NCBI GenBank assembly: GCA_034670305.1
Contig: JAXMNT010000002.1
Span: 128,001 to 192,000 of the forward strand
Source of the DNA: Deltaproteobacteria bacterium
GTDB taxonomy: Bacteria; Myxococcota_A; Polyangia; Polyangiales; Houyiibacteriaceae
DNA: 64,000 nucleotides
Reading direction: 5' to 3'
Below the pieces are notes generated by a model. The model was not told the origin of the DNA. It saw only the letters and a list, made by a program, of their open reading frames with translations, and ran no database searches. Of the stretch, positions 20,052 through 28,500 are shown in pieces. The position numbers and the translations under genes were made by a program. How positions within the stretch are numbered: position 1 is the first letter of the stretch; each line of letters begins with the position of its first letter.

Positions 20052-20208
20052 CGGACGTCGGATTCGGATTCGGATTCGGATTCGGCTTCGGATTCGGATT
20101 CGGCTTCGGCTTCGGCTTCGGACTCGCACCGAGGGCAAGGGCACGGGCAAGGGCACGGGCAAGGGCACGGGCACGGGCACGGGCACGGGCAACGGCAACG
20201 GCAAGGGG
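20052..20208. repeat. Composite hexamer repeat: (TTCGGA/TTCGGC)n followed by (GGGCAA/GGGCAC)n
   Basis: Two adjacent 6-bp periodic tracts; ten GGG runs at 20133-20189. Confidence 0.95.
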
Positions 20209-20246
20209 TGTTCACGCGATCCGCGTCCCATGCTACCCAGCGAGGC

Positions 20247-21107
20247 ATGGCGAACCTCCAAGTGGAACCCCCTCCCCGGCTGGTCATCGAGCGGATCGTT
20301 CGGAACGCACTCGAGGAGGACATCGCGCGCGGCGATCTCACGACCGAGAGCTGCGTGCCGGTCGACGCGGTGGGGCGCGCCTCGATGAACGCGCGCGAGG
20401 CGCTGGTGCTCAGCGGTCTGTGTGTCGTGCGCGAAGTCTTCCGTCAGGTCGATGCGTCGGTCGTCGTGGATGCCAAAGCCAAAGACGGAGAATCGCTCCC
20501 GATCGGCGGCGTGGCGTGCGAGCTGCGCGGCTCGGCGCGCTCCATCTTGATCGGCGAACGCGTCGCGTTGAACTTCGTGCAGCGCATGAGCGGCGTCGCG
20601 ACCCTCGCCGCCCGCTTCGTCAGCGCGCTCCCCATCGGGTCCGCCACGCGCATCGTGGACACCCGCAAGACCACCCCCGGTCTGCGCGCGCTCGAGCGGT
20701 TCGCGGTGCGCTGCGGCGGTGCACACAACCACCGCGAGGATCTCTCGTCCGCGGTGTTGATCAAGGACAACCACATCGCCGCCGCCGGTGGCGTGAGCGT
20801 CGCGATCGAACAGGCGCGGGCCCGCGCGCCGCACACCAGCCGCATCGAGTGCGAAGTGGACACGTTCGAGCAGCTCGGCGAAGCGCTCGAAGCCGGCGCG
20901 GACATCATCATGCTCGACAACTTCGACGACGAAGAGGTCAAGCGGGCGATCCGGCTGGTCGATGGTCGCGCGGTGCTCGAAGCGAGCGGCGGCATCACCT
21001 TGAAGCGGATCCCGGCCCTCGCGGCGACCGGCATCGACGTCATCAGCTCGGGCGCGTTGACCCATTCCGCCCCCGCGGTCGATCTCGGACTCGATTGGCT
21101 GACGTGA
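20247..21107 (+). CDS. nadC: Nicotinate-nucleotide diphosphorylase (carboxylating)
   Basis: ALEED...GDLTT, ERVALNF, DTRKTTPGLR, NHR, IKDNH, ECEVD, IMLDNF, EASGGI, GALTHSA. Confidence 0.97.
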   Translation: MANLQVEPPPRLVIERIVRNALEEDIARGDLTTESCVPVDAVGRASMNAREALVLSGLCVVREVFRQVDASVVVDAKAKDGESLPIGGVACELRGSARSILIGERVALNFVQRMSGVATLAARFVSALPIGSATRIVDTRKTTPGLRALERFAVRCGGAHNHREDLSSAVLIKDNHIAAAGGVSVAIEQARARAPHTSRIECEVDTFEQLGEALEAGADIIMLDNFDDEEVKRAIRLVDGRAVLEASGGITLKRIPALAATGIDVISSGALTHSAPAVDLGLDWLT

Positions 21108-21116
21108 CTCTTCGCC

Positions 21117-21893
21117 ATGTTTGATGTGGCCCACTTCCAGAACCTGCGGATGGATCTGGGCGGATGGATCGGTGTCCCGTTCGAACGTTACGAGACGACC
21201 GACTCCACCATGGACGAAGCATTCGCCGCCTTGTCGGCGGGTGCCCCCGCTGGCCACCTCGTGTTGGCCGAGACCCAACGCGCCGGTCGCGGTGCCCACG
21301 GCCGGTCGTGGGTTGCGGCGCCCGGCGAGAACCTGACGTTCTCGTTCCTCGCCCCGGCGTCGCCGTGGACCACTCTGGCGGTCGGCGTGGGCATCGCCCG
21401 CAGCATCGACGCGTTGTTCGGCGAAGCGGGTGGCGAAGCTTCGGGTGCCGCATCGCGCACCCGGATCAAGTGGCCGAACGATGTGCTGCTCGGCGACGGT
21501 AAGGTCGCCGGCATCCTCGTCGAGAGCCGTTCGTCGGGGTCGCGCCCCCCGAAACTCGTCGTCGTGGGCGTGGGGTTGAACGTGCACCAGCGTACGTTTC
21601 CGCAGCAGGAGCAGGACAGCCTTCCCGCAACCTCACTCGCAACGACTGGGCTGAGCTGCGCCCGCGAAGAGGTGTTGGCCCGGACGACCCGCCACATCGA
21701 ACGTGCGCTCGAACTGCCACCAGCCCAGCTCGTCGATGCGGTCAACGCGCAACTGGCGTGGCGTGAGGAGCCGGTGCGACTCGACGAACACGAAGGGGTG
21801 CTGGTCGGTGTCCAGCCGAGCGGCGCGATTCGGATCCGGAGGCCCGACGGCAGCCACTCGGATCACATCGCCGGGCGCCTCCGCAGACGCTGA
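21117..21893 (+). CDS. birA: Biotin--[acetyl-CoA carboxylase] ligase (no N-terminal HTH)
   Basis: STMD, Q.AGRG.HGR.W, IKWPNDV, KVAGILVE, GVGLNV motifs. Confidence 0.93.
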   Translation: MFDVAHFQNLRMDLGGWIGVPFERYETTDSTMDEAFAALSAGAPAGHLVLAETQRAGRGAHGRSWVAAPGENLTFSFLAPASPWTTLAVGVGIARSIDALFGEAGGEASGAASRTRIKWPNDVLLGDGKVAGILVESRSSGSRPPKLVVVGVGLNVHQRTFPQQEQDSLPATSLATTGLSCAREEVLARTTRHIERALELPPAQLVDAVNAQLAWREEPVRLDEHEGVLVGVQPSGAIRIRRPDGSHSDHIAGRLRRR

Positions 21894-21895
21894 GT

Positions 21896-22921
21896 TCAGT
21901 ACCAGTAGATCGGACGCTGACCGTTGGGCGGCGGCGCCTGCTGCGGGGGCGGCTGGTTCGGCTGGTTGGGCGTCTGGTACTGGACCGGCGGCGGAGGCTG
22001 GGTCGGACGGATGGGCGGCCGGCGGTTCTGGTACCGACCATGTCCGGGAGGCGGACCCTGCACGCGGGGATCGGGGCGCAACAGCATCCCCGGACGAGCG
22101 CGCGGCGGCACTGGGAAGTACCACCAGCGCTGCCCGTGGAAGACCCAGTACCCGGCGACGCGACGCCGACCCGCTGGCATGCGCATGGTCGGGATGGTCG
22201 GCTGCGGCCGCACCTGGCGCGGCGGGCCCGCTTGCGTGCCGGGCTGTTGCGGCCCCTGCTGGATCTGAGGACCAGGACCGGCACCGGGCGCACCAGGGGC
22301 GGCCGGCACGGCGTTCGGGTTGGTGGGCGTGGGCACCGGCGCCGGTGGGGCCGGCGGCACTTGCGCGGGCTCGGCCTCCGGCTCAGCCGGGGTGTCCATC
22401 ACCGCGGGCGGGGGAAGTTCGGCAGGCGGGGGCGCGAGCGACGCGAACACCTGCGTCACGTACATGCCGTCCGGGCCACTCACCGAAGCCAGCCCGATGT
22501 GGGTGAACCCAGCGTCGAGCACCTGCGCCCGGTGCGCCTCGCTTCCCAAAATGGAACCGAACGCAGCCCGTGTGTTCTCTGCCCGGGCGATGTTCTCGCC
22601 GACTCGAAGCGTGCCCACGCCAGCTTCGCGCACCCGTCGACCGGGGTCCCCGGTCCGCTCGGACACGTGGACGAGTTCCTCGTGGCTGGCCATGTCGACG
22701 CTGTGGGCCTGGGCGGCGGCGTCCAGTCCTGGGTGCCGCTCGAGCGGAGGCACGCCCTCTTCGCCACGCAGCTGGTTGATCCGGGCGAGCATCGCGGTCT
22801 CGCCGTCGGAATCGAGGACGGGGGCAGCCGCCGGAGCGACGCGTGCCCGCCGACGTTGCGCGGAGGATGGGCTGGGGGCCAGCAGCGCGAGCGCAAGGAG
22901 GGAAACGAGAACTCGGGACAT
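21896..22921 (-). CDS. Secreted CAP/SCP-domain protein with Pro/Gln-rich C-terminus
   Basis: Signal peptide; IN.LR...G.PPL, AA..HS.DM, H, GENIA, S..HR..VL...FTHIG, YVTQVF. Confidence 0.88.
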   Translation of the reverse strand: MSRVLVSLLALALLAPSPSSAQRRRARVAPAAAPVLDSDGETAMLARINQLRGEEGVPPLERHPGLDAAAQAHSVDMASHEELVHVSERTGDPGRRVREAGVGTLRVGENIARAENTRAAFGSILGSEAHRAQVLDAGFTHIGLASVSGPDGMYVTQVFASLAPPPAELPPPAVMDTPAEPEAEPAQVPPAPPAPVPTPTNPNAVPAAPGAPGAGPGPQIQQGPQQPGTQAGPPRQVRPQPTIPTMRMPAGRRRVAGYWVFHGQRWWYFPVPPRARPGMLLRPDPRVQGPPPGHGRYQNRRPPIRPTQPPPPVQYQTPNQPNQPPPQQAPPPNGQRPIYWY

Positions 22922-23103
22922 GGGGCCAGTGTAAAGCAAGGCGCGGGCCAGAACACGCCAGTGAGATCACTGCGCTTTTGGGGAGTCCACGGCTTGGGGG
23001 GTGACAAACGGACGACCAGGCGAGAACCTTTGTTCACGCCCAGCGTCGACGGGAGGTGTGCGCCAACCCTCGCGTTTTGGCGGCAAGGGAGTAGAACCTG
23101 GAC

Positions 23104-23934
23104 GTGCCATACGCAGTGCTCGATGAAGTCGTGCTCCGGATCAGCGGCGACGACGCCCGATCCTGGTTGCAAGGTCAGATCACCGCCGACGTGGGAACCC
23201 CCGTTGGCTCCGCGCAGAGCTCCGGGTCCGTGCGGGCGTTGGTGCTGGACGTGCGGGGCAAGATCCTGGCGGCCCCTTGGGTGCTCGATCGCGGCGAAGA
23301 ACTCTGCCTCCGGGTGCCACGTCCAGCGTACGCCGACGTCGTGGCGCGCCTCGAACGGTACCTGGTCATGGAAGATGTGGACCTCGACGAGACCACGCTG
23401 AAGATCGTGCACTCCCTCGCCGGTCCGGCGGAAGTGGACGGAGTGCTGGAGTCGGTGCCCACGCCGCGGCTCGGCCCCGAGGGTCACGATCTGCTCACCG
23501 AGAACCCGGCCGATGTGCTGAAGGCCCTTGGCGCCACCGACATGGGCGAAGAAGCCTGGGAGAAGCTGCGGATCGAGGCGGGGGTGCCGCGCTGGGGGGT
23601 GGACTTCGGATTGGAGACCCTCCCCCAAGAAGCGGGTCTCACCGGTCACGTGTCGTTCTCCAAGGGCTGCTACCTCGGCCAGGAACCGGTCGTGATGCTC
23701 CAGCACCGGGGCAAACCACCCAAGAAGCTCGTACACCTCGTCTTCGACGGGGCGCCGGTCGCCGGCGACGACGTGCGGCAGAACGACCGGGTGGTGGGCA
23801 AGATCACCAGCGCTTCGGGGCGGTTCGCCATCGCCATGGTCAAACGCAAGGCACTCGAGGCGATCGACGAGGCACCTCTGAGTTCGAACGAACTGCGACC
23901 TTCGTCACTGGTCACCATCGGACAACAGGACTAG
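23104..23934 (+). CDS. ygfZ: YgfZ/GcvT-like folate-binding Fe-S maturation protein
   Basis: G.DA..WLQGQ.T.DV and SFSKGCYLGQE signature; next to an A-type Fe-S carrier. Confidence 0.9.
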   Translation: MPYAVLDEVVLRISGDDARSWLQGQITADVGTPVGSAQSSGSVRALVLDVRGKILAAPWVLDRGEELCLRVPRPAYADVVARLERYLVMEDVDLDETTLKIVHSLAGPAEVDGVLESVPTPRLGPEGHDLLTENPADVLKALGATDMGEEAWEKLRIEAGVPRWGVDFGLETLPQEAGLTGHVSFSKGCYLGQEPVVMLQHRGKPPKKLVHLVFDGAPVAGDDVRQNDRVVGKITSASGRFAIAMVKRKALEAIDEAPLSSNELRPSSLVTIGQQD

Positions 23935-23943
23935 GGTAGGCGC

Positions 23944-24351
23944 ATGTCCGAAGAACACGTGACCACCGAGCCGACGACGACCGACGCCACGCCCCCCGTC
24001 TCCCTCCCGGATGCGGACGAAGAGCGTGTCATCACCCTGACGCCCAAAGCGGCCGAAAAGGTGAAGGAGATCCGGGATTCTGAAGGCCTCGGGGATCAAG
24101 GACTGCGGGTGCGCGTCATCGGCGGCGGTTGCTCTGGCTTCAGCTACGACCTGTTCTTCGAAGACGAGACCACCGAACTCGATTCCACGTTCGAGTCGTT
24201 CGGCATCCCGATCTACATCGACATGATGAGCTTCCAGTACCTCGAAGGCACTGAGATCGACTACGTCGAAGGCCTGTACGGCGCGGGATTCAAGTTCATC
24301 AACCCGCAGGCCAAGCAGACCTGCGGTTGCGGCAGCAGCTTCTCCGCCTGA
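23944..24351 (+). CDS. erpA: Fe-S cluster insertion protein ErpA/IscA (HesB family)
   Basis: GGGCSGFSY and NP.AKQTCGCGSSF motifs. Confidence 0.93.
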   Translation: MSEEHVTTEPTTTDATPPVSLPDADEERVITLTPKAAEKVKEIRDSEGLGDQGLRVRVIGGGCSGFSYDLFFEDETTELDSTFESFGIPIYIDMMSFQYLEGTEIDYVEGLYGAGFKFINPQAKQTCGCGSSFSA

Positions 24352-24598
24352 TCGGAAATTCCACGGAGACGCGCGCTGAGACACCGATGAACCGGTGGTC
24401 TTGCCCCTCGATGGTGTGAGTTCTCGCGCGCCGACAGCGTCCAGCGGACGGGGTTTGAGGGTGGTGCCCTGAAGAAATATCCCTGCGGGTTGGCTGGACG
24501 TAACGCCGAGTGGTTCTCAGACGTCTGACCCCTGTCAGCGCACACACTGTCCATGAAATGTCAGGGACGTGTCGGGCGTTTGATCAGGCGAGGTCAAC

Positions 24599-25438
24599 GT
24601 GTACGAGAAAGATCAAGAACTGGACCGCTACATCGAGCGGGTTCGCGCGATTCCCAAGCTCTCCCGCCAAGAAGAGCATGACATGGCGATCCGCGCGCAA
24701 AACGGAGACGACCAGGCGGCCGACCAGCTGGTGGAAGCCAACCTCCGATACGTGGTCGCCATCGCCATCTCGTTCCGTCGGTACGGGATCAAACTCGGCG
24801 ACCTGATCGCAGAAGGAAGCGTGGGCCTCGTCACCGCGGTGAAGAAGTTCGACCCCGAGCGTGGCACCCGTTTTGTGACCTACGCCGGCTACTGGATCCG
24901 CGCGTTCATCCTCGAGGCCGTTGTCCGTTCACGCAGCCTGGTGGGTGGGGGCAGCGGTCCGCACCGCTCCAAACTCTACTTCCGACTGCGTCGCGAGCGC
25001 GCCAAAGTCGAAGCCATCGAGCGCGACCCGGATGTGCGGCTCGAGATGATGGCCGAACGCTTCGAGATGCCCATCCGCAAGATGGAGGGGCTGCTTCGCC
25101 GGCTCGACGGCAAAGATGTCTCGCTCGACGGCAAGGTGTTCGACGACTCGGGACTGAGCCTGGTCGACACCCTCGAGTCCGACGCCCCGGCACAGGACGA
25201 AGCGCTGGACCGACGGGACCGCCGCCAGGCGGTGCGCGACCGACTCGAGGACGCGCTCGGCGGGCTCGACCGGCGGGAGCGGTACATCGTCGAGAACCGC
25301 CTCCTGCGCGACGACGAGGACGAGATGACGCTGGCTGCCCTTGGGCGAGAACTCGGTGTGAGCCGAGAACGCGCCCGTCAGCTGGAGGTGCGGGCCAAGC
25401 AGAAGTTGCGCCGGCAACTCGCCGATTTGGCTGCTTGA
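24599..25438 (+). CDS. Sigma-32 (RpoH/SigB-SigC-like) family RNA polymerase sigma factor
   Basis: ANLRYVV, DLIAEG..GL..AVKKFDPERG.RFVTYA.YWIRA, RpoH-box-like KLYFRLR, GVSRERARQLE. Confidence 0.9.
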   Translation: MYEKDQELDRYIERVRAIPKLSRQEEHDMAIRAQNGDDQAADQLVEANLRYVVAIAISFRRYGIKLGDLIAEGSVGLVTAVKKFDPERGTRFVTYAGYWIRAFILEAVVRSRSLVGGGSGPHRSKLYFRLRRERAKVEAIERDPDVRLEMMAERFEMPIRKMEGLLRRLDGKDVSLDGKVFDDSGLSLVDTLESDAPAQDEALDRRDRRQAVRDRLEDALGGLDRRERYIVENRLLRDDEDEMTLAALGRELGVSRERARQLEVRAKQKLRRQLADLAA

Positions 25439-25554
25439 CGCCGTAGCGGTTTTCCCCCTGGAAGCGGGGGTGTCTGCCGGGGCATCATGCCGGACATGGC
25501 CCGACTCTCGACGCTGCGTTTCATCCAGCCGACCTCTCGACGGACGGTGAGGAC

Positions 25555-28500
25555 GTGAGCGACGAACGCACCGAGTCCACGATGGAGGTCTTGCTCGACG
25601 ATCTCGAGGAAGAAGCAGCCAAGGCGGGGAAGCCGGAACCCACTGGCGCGGTGCCGCCGCCCGCGCCCGCCGCCGCGCTCAAACCGTCGGTGCCCCCACC
25701 TCCGCCTGCGGCGGCTGCACGACCCGCGTCGATGCCGCCGCCCGCGCCGGGGGCACGCCCCAAAGCATCGGCACCCCCGCCCCCTCCAGCGGTCCCTCCC
25801 ACCCGGCCTCCACCGAGTTCGCCCGGCCTCGTCGCCGCCGCGCCACCCCCGGCCGGCCCGCCTCGCGCCGCGCCGCCGGCGTCCCCGAAGAAAGCCGCGC
25901 CCGAGTTCGCACCGCTCTCCGATGTCGCCGCGCCGGTCTCGGACCCTGCGATGAGCGTGGAGCTCGAAGAGATCTCCGACGCGTTCGCGGAGGAGTCGAT
26001 CGAAGCGGCGAAGGAACTCGTGGCCGATTGCGAAGCCGCCATCCGAGCCACCGAGGATCCGCGCCGGCTGGCCCGGTTGCACTTCGAGATCGCGCGGCTG
26101 CACGAGTCGCCGATCGGTGATCTGCGCAAGGCCGTCGCCCACTACCGCGAGGCGCTCGATCGCGCACCCGAACACCTTCCGACGCTCCGCGGCACCCGGC
26201 GCGTCTTGATCGCACGCCGCAGTTTTCAGGCCGCGCTCCAGCTCTTCGACGACGAGGTGCGCATCACGCCCGACCCCGCGCGCAAGGCTGCGCTGGTCCA
26301 CCAGAAAGGTCGCGTCCTCGAAGACGTGCTCGGCCGGAAGCAAGACGCCGGCGATGCCTACGCGACCGCACTCGAACTCGACCCCGGCAACCCGGTCATC
26401 CTGCGGTCGCTGTCCGACCGGTACATCGAAGAGAAACGTTGGTCGGATCTCGAGCGGGTGCTCAAGCAGGCCGCCAACAGCGTCAGCGACGACCCGAGGC
26501 ACCGCGCCGCACTCGTCGCGTGGCGCGCGCGACTCGCAGAACGGGAAGCGAACGATCCAGAGAAGGCGACCGAGCTCTACGAGATCGCACTGCGGCTGGA
26601 CCCACGGGCGAGTGGTGCGCTCGCCGCACTCAAACGCCTGCATCACGCCCACCGCCGCTGGCGCGACCTCATCCGCGTGCTCTCGGTCGAAGCAGAGCTG
26701 ACCGAACAGGCGGAGGTCGCGACGAGCGCCCTCTTTCGAATCGGCCAACTGCACAGCCAGCGACTCGGCAACCGGGACGAAGCGATCACCGCACTCGAGC
26801 GCGCGGTGGAGTTCGCGCCCGGCGACGCGATCATCCTCGACGAGCTCGCACGACTCTACGAAGAGGCCGGGCGCTGGGACGCGCTCGCCAAGGTGCTGCA
26901 ACAACTGACGCAAACCGCACGCGATCACACCGCGCGTCTCGGACTGCTGCACCGAATTGGCGACCTCTACGCCACGCGCCTCAACCAGGAGGCCGGCGCC
27001 ATTCATTGGTTCGCGGCCGCGCTCGCGATCGAGAGCACCCACCTCCCCACCCTGCAGGCCCTGGCCCCCCTCTACACCAAAGCGGAGCGGTGGGACGCGC
27101 TGGTGCAGATGTACCTGGACGAGGCCGAGAACGCGTCCAACGGCGAACGGCGTGCCGCGGCCTACGCGCGCATCGGCGACCTGATGGAGGGACAGCTCGG
27201 CGAGGTCGGCGGCGCGATCGAACACCACGAGAAAGCGCTCGCGACACGTCCCGGATACGAGCCCTCGTTCAAAGCGCTCGCGCGGCTCTACGCCAGCACC
27301 GGGCGGCACCGCGAACTGGTGGACCTGCACGAGCGGGCGGTCGACGTGTCGGACCCGGACCGCGCGGTGGCGCACTTGATGAAGGTGGGTCAGCTCCACG
27401 AAGAAGCGCTCGCGGACCCGGCCAACGCAGCGCACGCCTACAAACGCATCCTTCAGTTCCAGCCCGGCAACCTCGGCGCCATCCACGCCTTGCAGCGCGC
27501 GACCGAGACTGGAGGCCGTTTCCGAGAGCACGTCGAAGCGCTCGAAGGCGAGGTCGAACGCACCCAAGATCTGGATCGCAAAGTCGCGCTCCTGCATCGG
27601 GCAGGCGAAGTGCTGGAAGAGAAACTCGGGGACCGAGAAGGCGCGCTTCGGCGGTACCGCAGCGTGCTCGACATCGCGCCCGCGTACCCGCCGGTGCTGC
27701 AGAGTCTTGGGCGGCTCTACAACTCGCTCGGACGCTGGGAAGACCTGCTCGAGGTCTACCGCAAAGAACTCGCACTCGACCCGAGCGGCACCTCGGCGGC
27801 GGGTCTGCTGCATCGCATGGGCGAGCTTTGCGAACACCGCATCGGGCGAGAGAAAGACGCGCTCGATCACTACCGCAAGGCGCTCGACATCGAGCCCACG
27901 CACGGTCCGGCGCTTCACGCACTGACGCGCAAGCTGCGCGCGGCCGAACGATGGGAGGGCTTGGTGGAGGTGCTGCTCGTACAGCTCACCGGTCTGAGCG
28001 ACCCACGCACGCGCGCCCGGGTCGCGTGCCAGGTCGGTGAGGTGCGCGAAGAGCGCATCGGCGACATGAAGCTGGCGCTCGAGAGCTACCAGCAGGCGCT
28101 CAAGGAGTGCCCCGATCACCGGCCCGCGCTCGACGCAGTGACCCGCCTGCGCACCAAAGAGAACGGCTGGGCCGCGCTCGCGGGCGACCTCCAGAACGAG
28201 TCGACCGCCTCGTCCGATCCCCTTCTGAAGATCGACGCGGCGGTCCGTCGCGGCTCGCTCTACGCGGAGGAACTCGGAGAGCCGCGCAAAGCCATCACCG
28301 CGTTCGAAGAAGTGCTTGGCCAGGATCCGACCCACCTTGGGGCGCTGTTGGCGCTCGAGGAACTCTACCGGCGTGTGGGCGCCTGGGAACCGCTCTCCCG
28401 CGTGCTCGCCGCGCAGGCGAACGCGTTCGTGGACCCGCTCGCGCGCATCGGTGCACTCGAAGCCCGGGCCGCGCTACTCAGCGGACGCGGCGTCGGTACG

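Noticed and set aside
19356-20246. Long N-terminal extension of NadC through the repeat
   Set aside because: Overlaps the HAD gene in another frame and crosses repeat DNA; NadC homology begins at ATG 20247
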